Below, one piece after another: positions 1 through 12,622 of a DNA stretch of 64,000 nt (positions within the stretch are counted from its first letter, which is position 1; each line of letters starts with the position of its first letter). Made by a program: the position numbers and the translations under genes. Location of the stretch: the NCBI RefSeq assembly GCF_009914755.1, contig NC_060926.1. One strand, 5' to 3'. Below the pieces are notes generated by a model that saw only the letters and a list, made by a program, of their open reading frames with translations, was not told the origin of the DNA and ran no database searches. This DNA comes from the human T2T-CHM13v2.0 reference genome, Homo sapiens.

Positions 1-798
1 TGGAACATGAGGACAGGCTAAGTGATCCCTCATTCTACCACTGTCACTTGTGACTTGCCTCCCAACAGTCCATTTTATTTTGCTCTCCCTCTGAATACAC
101 TGCAATCCCCTTTGAGCCACAGGATTGGGAGTCAGGCCTAATGCCTGCCTATGCTATAGGTCAAACATTGTCTGTGGAGGCTGTAGAAATTAAACTATGG
201 TGTTCATGCCTCTCAGCACTAACAAAGGACATCAATCACTTCTCCTGTGTGAACTCTTCCAGTGAAGGAAGAAGCGATTATTTATGAATCAAGCCTTGAG
301 GCAACTGGAAGTCTTTTTGTTGCTGGTAATCTCTTACTCTGGACTTGCTTCTGTAATGTGCAAGGATTTTTACCCCTACTCTTCCTTTTCTTTTCAGAAA
401 GAGAGGAAATTGTGATTGGTTAAGGCATCTGAGCCAGCCTGGGTGTCAAGTAAGAGAAATGAGGACATGATTTCTGGAAACAGCATCCCAAAGATGCCGT
501 TTGCAGTGGAACCTCTAGTCAGCACAGAGCATTTGAGAAGGGTACGGAATGGTGTCATGCTATGGTGATCAGAGGGCATGGGGAAGGCAGTGGTCTCCTG
601 TTTCAGAGTCGGGATCTTCAGGAAGTTTATGAGGTGTTCCTGTTTGTGACTTTCTTTGGATTTAGAGATTACCCTGCTTGGGGATAAGGGAATGAATGAC
701 AGTGAGGTCCTTGAGTAGGACACAGAGTGTCCCCGTGACCTTTCCAGACTTTTCCCTGGGAATCCTGGCAATCCTGGAGGGGAAAGATTAAGGGGATG

Positions 799-1188
799 TG
801 TCTTAGCTCAGGCTTCCATAACAAAGCACCACAGATGATGTGGCTTAAACAAGAGAAATTTGTTTTCTCACACTTCTGGAGGCTGGAAGTTCAAAATCAA
901 GGTGTCAGCAAGGTTGGGTCTTTCTGAGGCCTGTCTGCATAGCCTGTGGATGGTCTTCTCCCTGTGTCTTCCTATTTTCTTCCATCTGTATGTACATGTC
1001 CCGATTTCTTCTTATAAGGTCACCAGTCACCTATTGGATTGGATTAGGGCCTACCCATATGACCTCATTTTAAATTAATTACCTCTTAAGACTCTCCAGA
1101 TACATCACATTCTGAGGTACTAGGGATTAGGACCTCAACATATGAATCTGGTGTGGTGTGGTTGGGGTACACAGTTCAGCCCACAACA
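799..1188 (-). mobile_element. MaLR solo LTR, MLT1A/B/C-like
   Basis: TG...CA ends; ttctcacacttctggaggctggaagttcaaaatcaaggtgtcagc; tactagggattaggacctcaacatatgaa. Confidence 0.85.
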
Positions 1189-2673
1189 GAAGGGAATTGT
1201 CATTCTACAAATTCAAGTTCAATTTCATAACTGATAAAACTTGATTGCCTTATTGGGGTTCTTACCTTTGAGAATTGGATTCAGGCTAATGGGACTATTT
1301 TAGGGGAAGTGGGGGTGTGGTTGTACATCAGAAAGGCCTGAATTAACTTAATCACACTTGGAGGGTAGGAATGGTATTCACAGTTAAAAGTTTAGCTCTC
1401 AAATTTTGCGTCTCATCTATCCAGAATGTGTATTACTGATGTCCTGAGATGGGGTAAGTAATTACTTCGGACAGAGAGCTGAGTGCCTTTTTCATTCTGA
1501 GGGCTCCTGATTAGGCTAGCTTGAGATCCTTTGTATTAGCATCCTAGTTTCAGCCTGTCGGGGGCCGGCTTCTGCAGCCTATGGGAATGTCTCCTGTTTT
1601 AGAGGCAAAGGACTGCTTACTTATATACTAAAAAGAACAATCTTAACAGTATTCATTTTGTCTTTAAAAAAAAACCTATTGCTCTAGAAGTCAGTCTAGA
1701 CTTCTAGACTTCCACACAGGAGGAACTCAAGACTTAATTCTCTATAGTTTTCTACAAGAGCTTTTGTTGTTTAAATGACATGTTCCCAACTAACTGAACA
1801 CAAAAGTAGTGAATGAACTTCAACTCAGCCAAGTGCTAACAATCTACGATGACAGCAGATCCTCCCAGCTGAGACGTTTATGCTGAACAAAGTGGCCTGA
1901 ATCCTTTATGGCTATTGATTTTGCTTGCAATTCCCTTGCCAGTGTGCAAAAATGGTTGTTTTTTGTCGACTTTCTCTGGACATCTTTTGATGACTCACAC
2001 TGTGCCAGCTTTGTGAACTCAGGTGTGCATTGACATGCCTGCTTCATGCCATCTGCTCTTCCATACACGTTGAAGGTGAAGACCAGCAGTGGAGCCTCTC
2101 CCCTTTTCTTTCAACTATTAGATTCTCTTGCTGAGAGCTGTGTTCTTCTGAGGACCTATGTTTGCACACGGAAGCCTGGTTACCTTATTTATATACCCTA
2201 GAAATGAAAAACTTTTGGGTGATATTTTACCTGCGGGGATAGAAACCGATGCTTCAGGTTACTGCAGTATCTGACTTCTTGACATCAGCTTTTTGACAGA
2301 AGCTCATTATCACTGGGTCGGGGGTCAGGAATGACACATTCTAAGCTTTAGGCACATGGTATGAAGAGTTACACGTAGCAGGGGATATTGTAGTCTCGCT
2401 TCAGCTTTAAATATGAAGAACATTAATTAAGATTGGGGTGGGGAGATTTACCAAACCCTTAGGGAAGAAAAACTATTTAACAGACTTTTGTTTTCTTGCT
2501 GCTACTACTGATTCTGAAACTAGGATTTGTATAATTAACTGGTTTCTTGTGGAGTAACTCTTCTACCTCTTATATATGGTTCTTAAGAATGTAGCTAATA
2601 TTTTAAAAAGACTTTTCACACCGTAAGTACTCTATAATTACTTGGTGAATTAACTATATAAAAATTGATTCCA

Positions 2674-3099
2674 GGGTAAACAAAATGTGGTATATACTTA
2701 CAATGGAATATTATTCAGCCATAAAAAGGAATGATATTCTGATACATACTACCACATGGATGAAACTTGAAAACAATGTGTTAAGTAAAATAAGCCAGAC
2801 ACAAGAAAGGATAAATATTGTATGATTCCATTTATATGACGTACCTAGAATAGTCAAACTCAAAGAGACAGAAGGTAGAATAGAGGTTACCAGGGGCTGG
2901 GGGTAGAGGAAATGGGGAATTAGCATTTAAAGGGTACAAAGTTTCTGTTTCAGACGACAAAAAAGTGATGGGAATGGATCATGGTGATGGTTATACAACA
3001 CTGTGAATGTACTGAATGCCACTGAATTAGACACTTTAAAAATGGTTAAAATGATAAACTTTTTATTATGCTCGTTTTACCATAATAAAAAAGTTTTAA
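2674..3099 (+). mobile_element. 5'-truncated old L1 (L1MB-like) 3' end
   Basis: aaaatgtggtatatac..caatggaatattattcagccataaaaaggaatga, A-rich tail, and TSD aa(a/t)attgattcca at 2661-2673 and 3100-3112. Confidence 0.85.
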
Positions 3100-3922
3100 A
3101 ATATTGATTCCAATGCAGAAAGCATATTTGAGACTTATACACATACAAACATATAAAATTTAAACTTTGTATTCCTTAGACATATATTACTTGAGCTTAA
3201 AAACCTGCCTGAGGGCAGTTTTTCTATGGATTTCCTACTAATCAGCAATAGAGAAAACTTCTACTCCAGGCTGTTGCCAGGACTGTAGTCTCAGACAGTT
3301 GTAGCCCAATTCCTACCCAACTTTTTATTGGAAGAAATAATAACATTTATGGGAAATAACTCAAAGGATATGGAGTTCATTAGTTTTTCCAGAAATTCTA
3401 ACTTTTATCCCCGGATCAGGCCAGATAATCAGATTTTTATGTTTTTTTTTCCTTGCCAGATCACTTTAGTGTGTTGTACTTTGGTGTCGTATTTCATGTT
3501 GTGGGATGCAGTAAGAAGACATTATAGGAGACTCCCTACTGTGTATACTTAGAGACATTGTTAATTAATTACTCTCCTCTTCCTCCCCAAATGTGGATGA
3601 TAAAGGATCCTTTGAGGTAGGGAAGGTTAACACCTTGGAAGAAATTTCTCAATGACACAAAGCTAACACTCTTGAGGAGTATGTGTATGGTATTTTATAT
3701 TTTGTTCAATGTGACCATAGTGTGTCTATTTTCTTCTTTGCTTTGGCTACTAGCATGCTCAGAGCCTAATTTTTGAACCACATCAAGTAATAATTACCTT
3801 ACAACATACATTTCTGTGGACTTTTTCTCATGTTCTTACAGCCTCTTTTTATGTTGTCTTCTCTACATAGTATATATGTTTTGTAAATGAACTCATTCTT
3901 TTTTGAAATTAGATGGCATACT

Positions 3923-3967
3923 AGTACTAATTAGGGTTCTTCAGAGAACCCTGCCCAAGAGAGCATA

Positions 3968-4015
<48 letters not shown>

Positions 4016-4391
4016 GAAAGAGAGAGAGAGTAGGGGCAAGGGGATTTATTTTAAGGAATTTTCTCATACAATTGTGGGGCTTGGCAAGTATGAGATTCAT
4101 AGGGCAGGCTACCAGGTTGGAGATCCAAGGAAGAGTTATTGTTGCAATCTTGAGTCCAAAGAGAGGCTGGAGGCAAAATTTCTTCTTGGGGGACCTCAGT
4201 CTTTTTTCTTAAAGCCTCGACTGATCAAATAAGGCTCACTCACATTATGAAAGGTAATCTGCTTTATTCAAAAGCTACTGATTTAAATGCTAATCACATA
4301 TAAAAAATACCTTCTTGGCATGGACTGATGTCTGACCAAACAGCGGGCCACCATAGCCTAGCCAAGTTGATGCATAAAATTAGCTATCACA
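3923..4391 (-). mobile_element. ERVL solo LTR, MLT2-like, with internal (TG)n/(AG)n
   Basis: Begins tagggttcttcagagaa and ends cctagccaagttgatgcataaaattagctatcaca, the reverse complement of the MLT2 start. Confidence 0.8.
3968..4012. repeat. (TG)n microsatellite
   Basis: About 22 near-perfect TG units with one CG interruption. Confidence 0.97.
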
Positions 4392-4393
4392 TT

Positions 4394-4552
4394 AGTCAGG
4401 TGTGGTGGTACATGCCTGAAGTCCCAACTACTCAAGAGGCTAAGATGGGAGGATCGCTTGAGCCCAAGAATTTGAGACTACAGTGAGCTATGATCATACC
4501 ATTGTATTCTAGCCTGGGCCAGAGTGAGATCCCATCTCTTACCAAAAAAAAA
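4394..4552 (+). mobile_element. Alu monomer (FRAM/FAM or AluJ right arm)
   Basis: Single-arm Alu sequence gcttgagcccaagaatttgagactacagtgagctatgat with A tail. Confidence 0.85.
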
Positions 4553-5150
4553 GGTATAAATATATAATAGAATTTTCTTAAAATTGGGCATAATTTTTGT
4601 CTTTTATATTTGCTCATTTGAATGCATATAGGGAAACATTCCAGTTCCCTCCCACCTCCTCATCTGGGTTCAAGACTCATGCTGTCATTATTTCATCAGC
4701 TGGTAGGGCTGTCTTCCAAACCAGGTTAAATGGCACAGAGTCTTCATTGTGGATGTGTTGAATGTGTGAATGCTACGGCCTGCCAAATACCCTGATATAT
4801 GCCAGTGTTGTAGAGAGTTCTGCCAGCTCTTTGGTAAGCAGCCATTTTTGTGGAGGGATGTGATGAGGTGTATGATTTCACCAATTATTACCATTCTTAA
4901 TTAGATGGGGCCCAGGTGTGTGTTAATAAAACGCTAGCTCACACTCTCTGTAATGTTAATGGCCCCACCTTGACTTGATTCCAGGGATTTCATGCATTTG
5001 ATATTGTTCAATTGACTGTATTGCTGTTCTATTCTGAAACATCTCCAAACATCCAGAAACCTGCCTTTTGTTAGAAAACATTCCAGTTGTTCAAGAACGT
5101 TACTCATCGTCAGCAGTGGCTCTTTCCTTATCTTTTTTTATCTCTGGTAG

Positions 5151-5222
5151 GCTGATTACTCTGAGTGCAAACCTTTTCACTGTTCCAGAGAGGAGCCTGA
5201 CAACCACATTCTCCTTCTCAAG
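5151..5222 (+). CDS. LYPD6B: LYPD6B alternative in-frame (cassette) coding exon, 72 nt, encoding (L)LITLSANLFTVPERSLTTTFSFS(R)
   Basis: Polypyrimidine tract plus AG (tctttccttatcttttttta tctctggtag) and donor AG|gtaaga. It is phase 2-2 with no stop and joins exon 49631 in frame (AG+A=Arg). The peptide matches my recollection of the N-terminal extension of the long LYPD6B isoform. Confidence 0.85.
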
Positions 5223-6614
5223 GTAAGAATGGCAGCTGTTACAACAGCCCTCGGCTTTTCATTTGGGAGCTCTGGTTAAGTTGTTGGGAATGGACTCCTG
5301 AAAGTCCCGGGACCCTGTGTTTTTCCCATCTCCTTGGCAGTTTGCCAGGTTTCCCATCCTAAGCCCTCACTGCTCACTGTGATCCTGCGGTTTGGAAGCC
5401 TGGCTTGTGCTTAAGTTACAATTCTGGTGAACCAAAAAGGGGAGTCCCCATGCTCAGCGAATGGTTGGTAGATCAAAGACTTCTCTGCTTACCACAGAAG
5501 CTAATTTGGTCAATTGAAAGAGAACTTCCTCAGAGTAATCTTCTCAGTGACAGATGGGGGTGCGTCGGGGGTGTGGAGCAATGTTCAAAAGTGTCTGCAT
5601 TAAGTGAAATACATTGCCGAATACACTTAGAACATGTGTGCACTAATTATTGAGCATTTGTAGTTACAGAATCTTTGCATGTTAAGCCTTAGAAAATATT
5701 TACTGATCTAAAACAGGACGAGAGTGTTACCCCAACAAAGAAGAGAGACAGCATAGATGGACGTGGGCACATTGAAAGTTATGTGTTTAATTGATGATTG
5801 CTTTTTACTTGATGCATTTTGTCTTTTGGTTTTAGGTGTGGTGCTTACTGTGCAGGCTGACCAGGTTAGTGTGTCAGGCCTGATTCCATTTTTTTAGGTG
5901 AAGACATCAAATCAGAGGTTTGGTTTTTCTGAGGGCAGGTGGCAAATGCCAAGGAATGCCTGTGTGAGGCTTCGGGGACTGGGCCTGGTTGTCTCATGGT
6001 CTTCTTCTTGGCTATCAAGGCTATCAACTACCAGCCCAGAGGCCTTCTGCCTGTCAAACAGGCCTCCCACTTTGCATCTGATGGCTGGAAGAGAGGGAGG
6101 AAACATGCAAAGGAAATTGCTTAAGATTATGAGCTGATCTGGCCAGGGCCATGTTTATGTTCCTGTTTCTTGCCTAAAGAGCAGATTGAATTATTAGCAC
6201 CTGTGTTTGTTAATGATAATTATATGTTTCAAGTACAAAGCAGAATTCTGTAAAATATCTACTAAGATGCCTTTCTAAATGGATAACATTTTATGACCCT
6301 AATAAGGCCCAAGACAACAAGCAGGAATTTATATATTATCATCACTCTTTTCCCCGGGGCATATTGGGTGGAATGTGAGCTGTAACTTCAACTTAAGAAT
6401 CTGCTAGTAAGAAACCCAGAGGACTTGAGGATCAGAGGAATGACGGTCTAGTCATAAGACATATGGGAACATTGGGTCATTTTCCAAAGCAAGGAAACGT
6501 AATTCATTGTTAGTAACAGTGTTAAACAGTGTCAGGATCATCATCATCATGATCACCGTGGTGATAAAATGTAACTCTATTATTAACCATCTCTATCACC
6601 ACCATCACTACAGG

Positions 6615-6822
6615 TAACATTTGTTTGTTCTTACTGTCTACCAGGCAACACCCTAAGCATTTTGCATGCATTCTCTCACTCAATCTGCACAGCATTCCTG
6701 TAAGGAAAGGTCTATTAATATCCACCTTTTATAGTTGAGGAAACTGAGGCTTACCTAAGAGATTAGGTAAGTTGCCCAAAGTTAGACAAGCTAAAAGGTG
6801 GCAGAACTGGAATGTAACCCAT
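6615..6822 (-). mobile_element. MIR
   Basis: Core ttttatagttgaggaaactgaggc...ttgcccaaagt. Confidence 0.8.
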
Positions 6823-8153
6823 TGAACAGCACTGAATGGGGCCAACCCATGTGGAGTATTTACGGCTGTGCTTTACTCGATGTCCACACTCACCCCTGCT
6901 TGCATTCCCTTTTGTCCTGACCACCACCTACTGTTGACACTCTAGCTATCTCTTCTGCATGAAGGTAGCCAAAAAATTCAAGAGCATTTAAGTAGTTCAA
7001 GATCGTTAAAGCATATTTGGCCTATGGAGAACAGCAGAAAGAATTAAGAGTAAAAATCACCCAATTTTAAAAGGTGCCAGTTGTAGTCATGAACACTTTA
7101 GTGTATTTTGCTGTTGTTTTCCCCTTTGTATTTACTTTTTTCACATAGTCTCTATGTACTTAAGTTTTGAACTTTAAACGTAACCAAGTCGTTTCTTGCG
7201 CTTTTGCCTGTTTTAATGGCTGCTGAGTACTCTATTAAATGTGTATGGTTAGAGAGCCTTAAGTCTACTCCACAAGAAGTTATATCCTTGACTTGCTCCT
7301 ACGTGATAAGTGCGGAGTTTCTGCTCACCATATGTGATAGCTAATTTCTGTTTTCTGGGCAACTGGGTTGGAATTGTGGGGTGCCTGCATCCCCTCACAT
7401 TTTAAATACCTTGCATCTTGAGAGGGGTCTCTGTGGGGGGTGGGGCAGGAGTCCTGCTTGCCTGGAGCCCAGATTCAGCTCTGTGCCAAAACTAGCTGTA
7501 AGTTACTTTATTTTATGGCATCTTCATCTGTGAACATCTCATCAGCTCTGTAATTCCACACAGTCAGGAGTTTTCTGAACTCTCTTGATTCATAACCTGA
7601 GGAGTTTCAATAGATGCAGCAATTTTGGTTGAGCTCAGTGGAGTTACTCTGAGATGCTTTAAGCAGGGAATTTTGTTTTTCAAGATGATCAGACCTGTAA
7701 GCTCTTGGAAGGAGAGGGTCTTACTTTTATATAATTCTTGCCATTCCCGCCTCTGCACCCTCAACAAACTTCTTCCTCCATGCTGACATACCCACAAAAT
7801 AGATAGTACAAGGTATGAAATCAACAAACAGAAGAACAAACAAGTAATGCACAGACAAAGGCTACCGGGCTTGTGTAAGAACCTTTAGCATCATGGCTGT
7901 CCAGCTTATCAAATAATTGAGTAAGATTGTTTTCATTTCAATGTGTTAGCTTTGTTTATAACAAATGGGGACTTAAGCCTCCAGATCCTCTCATCATATA
8001 TTTCAGAGTAATTTCCCTATAAAGTTGGGTATCAGTTCTTCCCTCAGGTTACAGGTGAGGGAACACTGATTTATGGAACTTGCTATTTTTTCCCCCTGTG
8101 TCCTGGAGTGAAGTAACCTTTTGCTTAGGTCACAGTAAAATCAAAGCTTAGAA

Positions 8154-8718
8154 TGTAATCATTCTCTTGTTTTGGGAAGGGAAGACTTTTGCTCTAACCT
8201 GGGGGGTCAACAATTGGGTCTATGAAATAAACTGACAACAGGCAGATTAACAGGAGAAAAGGTATGCAAATTTATTATATGCATGAGTGCATCATAGGAA
8301 AGAAAGTGAATATCCAAAGACATAGTCAGATTTAGGAGCTCATATATTCTCTTCGTAAGAGAGAGAGGAGGAAGGACGTAGGCAAATAAGAGAAGAGTAA
8401 ATGATTTTTTGGGAAGATGAATGGGCCCTCAGAAGAATAGATCGGAGATACGGTAGTTTGTGACAGAGTTTGTCTGGGTGGGGTGTGTGTTCTAGTTTCC
8501 TTACCGGTGATAAGATTTAATCTCCTCTGGTTGATGAAACTTCTGTGGAGGGAATTGATGACAACCTAGTTTCTTTTGGAGCATCTGTCTGTCTTTAGGC
8601 AGATAAGGGGAGCTCAGAGCAAGCCTCTCTCTGCACTTGCTGTTTTTCAAATGCCTTCAGCTCAAAATAATCATACTAATACAGTGTGTTTTGGGGTGGC
8701 ATATCCTGAAGTCCTTCA
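8154..8718 (-). mobile_element. ERV1 (MER4-group, MER34/MER39-like) solo LTR
   Basis: Ends tgccttcagctcaaaataatc...ttttggggtggcatatcctgaagtccttca, the reverse complement of the MER34/39-type start. Confidence 0.7.
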
Positions 8719-9268
8719 CTTGCTTTTACCAGCAGAATAAAATGAAGGCATTCTGGGCTTCCTGCATTCTTGGAGCCACATATCTGGACCATGGATATGA
8801 CATGATTGGTTCTGACTGGCTCCCCTGATTCTCCCTTAGTGATGCTGATCTTGAATTTTGTGACTCATGCCATGAAGGTGTCTACCCACACTGTTGTGCA
8901 ATATCCAAGACCTGTGGAATAACACTGCTTCCAAGGAAGCCAAATTCAGGCATTTCTGGCTTTGTATTCTATTGCAGACTAAAAGGAACAAACAAAATCC
9001 TGTATTCCCACGATATCCCTCTACAAGGATCTAACTTGGCACCCTACCTTGGTGCTGAAAGCTTGCCTCCATCTTCCCAAATTTGATCACTAATTGGTCT
9101 TAGCTTTTTCCAAGTGAATGTGCTGCCTCACTGGCCCTAGGTGGGTGATATAAGAGCTTGGAAACACCTTGTGATGGTTGGTAAACCTGCTGGCAAGTGG
9201 CCTGGTTTTATGTGTGTGTGTTTGAAATACTATTGATAATAAAGCCTCATTTGTATCAGTGAGGGCTC

Positions 9269-9762
9269 TGCATCAGTTATCTATTGCACAACAAACCACC
9301 TCATACATAGTGGCTTAAAACAACAGCTGTTTAATTTGCTCATGATTCTGTGGGTCAGCAATTTGGGCACTTTTGCTAATATTGCCATTTGGGCTCAGCT
9401 GGGTGGTTCTTCTGTTAGTTTCACCTGGGGTCACTCATGCCCCTGTGCTCAGCTGGTACCTTGGAGCTAGGTGATCTAGGGGATCTCAGCTGAGATGACT
9501 CATTTCTGCCACATGGTCTGCCCCTCCAATAGCCTAGCTCAGCCTCCTTGACATGACAGAACTTTCTGGCAAGAGGACAAGAGCAAAAACTATAAGCTTG
9601 AAGCCTAAACTCAGAAATTACGTAGCCTCTCTTCTGCCACATTCTGTTGGTCAAAGAAAGCTATAGGACCAGCCCAGATTCAAGGGGAGGGCATTGGAAA
9701 TAGACTCCACCTCTAACTTGGAGTAGCTGCAAAGAATGCATGGCCATTTTAAATTTATTGCA
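9269..9762 (-). mobile_element. MaLR solo LTR, old MLT1 (G/H/I-like)
   Basis: tcagttatctattgc..acaaaccacc..tagtggcttaaaacaaca..gctcatgattctgtgggtcagcaatttggg. Confidence 0.8.
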
Positions 9763-9934
9763 GGCTCTTAACTTTGTTATAAAAGCAATCTGAAATTACT
9801 TTAAAATTATTTTGTCATTTAAAAATCCTGGAATAGGGATGGTCTTGTCAGCCCATCTGAGAGGAGTCTGGAAAGTGGAGGTCTTCAGTAATGTACCTAA
9901 GAATATAATAAAGTTAATAACAACACAAGCAGGC

Positions 9935-10170
9935 ACTAATATTGTTTTTACTATATGCCCAGCACTATATGGAGTCCTTTAGATATCATAACTCATTTGG
10001 TCATTACAAAATCTTATGAATAGGTGTTATTTTTATCCCTAACTTATAGGTGAGAAAACTGAGGCACAGAGCGGTTAAGCAACTTCCCTCGAAGTCATAC
10101 AGCTAAGTCGTAGACCTGGGATTCCACTCCAGGAGGTCAGGCTTCAGAGTCTGCATGTTAACCCTAATGC
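9935..10170 (-). mobile_element. MIR
   Basis: ataggtgagaaaactgaggcacagagcggttaagcaactt. Confidence 0.85.
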
Positions 10171-12321
10171 TTCTCAAGTTAATGGAAATTACATCTTTCT
10201 GACTCCTAGCAGAGTTCTCTCTTGGACTGTGTGGTTTTTCTAGAGACAGGGGGATTGGCTATTTAGAGATGGTTGCTAGGCCTTCCTGGGTACACCCAAG
10301 TGACCAAAAATGGTTCTGTCACATTATAGGAGACCCTAATTAGATGTAATAAAGACACTTATTATCCCATGGAACACACAGTAATTCTCCTGAGCCCAAC
10401 AGTATTTCCTGGGGGTAGGGGTGGAGGTAGAGGGTTCTTATTCTTCTCTTTGGTTGGCAGGCATTTGAAGAATGAGGATATTTAATAACGCCCTCTATAA
10501 CCTTTCAGGTAGCCTCTTATTTTTTGGTTTCAAGTAATCAGAAAGACTTAGCCCCAAAGAAAAAAATGTTGTGTTTATTTAGCTTTTTGTTTAAGGACTA
10601 TCCCAAGGAAAGGGTGGGTTGATAGACTTTTTAATCTAGGGTTTGTTGAACTCAATTAAGTCCACTGTCCAGGTAGAACAGGTGGTTTATCTAAGAAAAA
10701 TGACAAATTTTGCTGACATTTTTGAGGTCACCCTTGCAGCCATGAATAAAGTGGCTCATAGTACCAATATGAGTTACAATAAGAAGTTACTTAACCTCTC
10801 TGTGCCTCAGTTTTCTAATCTATAAATTAGGGACCCTTTCTGTTTGAGGGGCATGGCACATTTAGGAGCCAGGACTAGACTTGCGTCTCCAGGATGGTCA
10901 TATCTCACTCTCCATTTAGCTATGGAGTGGGGGAGAGACTGCCAATCTAAGGCTTAAGGGAAGTCACTCTGGCTGTCTAGCATCTTATCTCCCTTAAATC
11001 CCATCCTTGTCTCTTGACTCTACAACTGGCCTCCTTCTGACACCCTCATCGTCTTATGTGGGCTCAGGTTGGCATCAATGTCTGTTGCATTGCTACCGAG
11101 AGTGTTTGCTACAACTTTGCACTCATGAGAATTTGCATGTTCACCCTAATATGGACTCCAGCTAGAATCTGAGCTGGAAAATGGGCAATCTGGACATGCA
11201 TGGTCCCACCAGAGAGGAGAGATCACAGGATGGGGACTAGGGAGACCCAAGCTGCAGACTGCCCCGCCCCTTCCATCATTGCTCACCTTCCCACACCAAA
11301 AACTTCTCAGGACAGCTTTCTTGCTTGTCAACCACAACATCCTAGGGTTATTTTCCCCATACCAGTGGAAACCCTGTTACCTTCATAATCTTTTCCTTCA
11401 ACTAATCTTGAAGAGTTTATAATCCTCTTCTGCATTAAGTGTTTTTTTTTTTTCTCTTGTGGATGCTCACTTTCCTCGTTTCTTATTCAAACCAGCTGGG
11501 ACAGTTTATCCCCTAGCATAGAAATGAAAACCTGACAGGCAGGTCTCTGCAGTCGAGATTGGGCTGGTTCTCTCTCCAAACAGTATTTTACTGTTGGCTG
11601 CTGCAGTTGAATAGCTCAGCCTGCCATTATGACAGAATGGCCCAGGACAGACTACAGGCAGGAAGCGTCTTTTGTTTCAGGGGGCTTTGGAGCTGTTTTT
11701 TCCCTGCCATAAACTTAATTGCTTTCTGTGATATATCTGGCAAACCTACCACTGTCCTTTTTGCTGCCTCCTGCTTGGTCAATCAGGACTACCAAAGCCT
11801 GCAGCTTTGCTTTTTAGGAGGTTTGGTTGATTAACATGAGTTTGCCTTTGGCTTTTGCTAACATTGCCTTTTTTGGGGCACTAGTGGTGCCCAGGAGAAG
11901 GATGTGAGTGTGGTACGTGTGTGGGGAGGTATAGATGAGAGACAGCTGGGTCTTCTGGGACAGTGGGGGAGCAGGCTCAGAAAATTGTGGTTCACCACAG
12001 GGTCCTCACGTGCATGAGTAAGTCATCCTCCTTCCTGAAAGGGAGGTTTTATTCACCTTATCACCATAGAGGATGTTTCAGATGTGGCAATTCCTTTAAA
12101 TCACTGCAATTTTGACTCACCCTAGGATTTCTGGGTTTAATTGCTCCCCTTTCTTGTTGGTTTTATGACCAGTGTTGCAGGAAAGACAATACTTGAAAGT
12201 CTGTGGAAGCCCCTTCTTTTTATATTTTTCTTTGCAGTGACGATGATTGCTTAACAATAATAAACATAGAGGTTTTTTTATGTTTTTTGTTTTTGTTTTT
12301 GTTTTTTTAAAAAGACCTTTG

Positions 12322-12622
12322 GGCCAGGTGTGGTGGCTCATGCCTGTAAACTTTGGAAGGCCTTGGCAAGTGGATCACTTGAGGTCAGGAGTTCAAGACC
12401 AGCATGGCAAACATGTCAAAACCCAATCTCTACAAGAAATACAAAAATTAGCCAGACGCAGGGGCATTTGCCTGTAGTCTCAGCTACTCAGGAGGCTGAG
12501 GCAGGAGAGTTGCTAGAACGGGGGAGGCGGAGTTTGCAGTGAGCCAAGAGATTGCACCACTGCACTGTAGCCTGGGCAACAGAGTGAGGCTCTGTCTCAA
12601 AAAAAAAAAAAAAAAAAAAAAA
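12322..12622 (+). mobile_element. Alu (S/J-age), full length
   Basis: Dimeric Alu with poly(A), a small deletion after tgcctgtaa, and approximate TSD aaaaagac(c)tttg / aaaaagaaccttg. Confidence 0.95.

Noticed and set aside
394-771. 125-aa minus-strand ORF
   Set aside because: Non-ATG start, no recognisable homology, and a length expected by chance.
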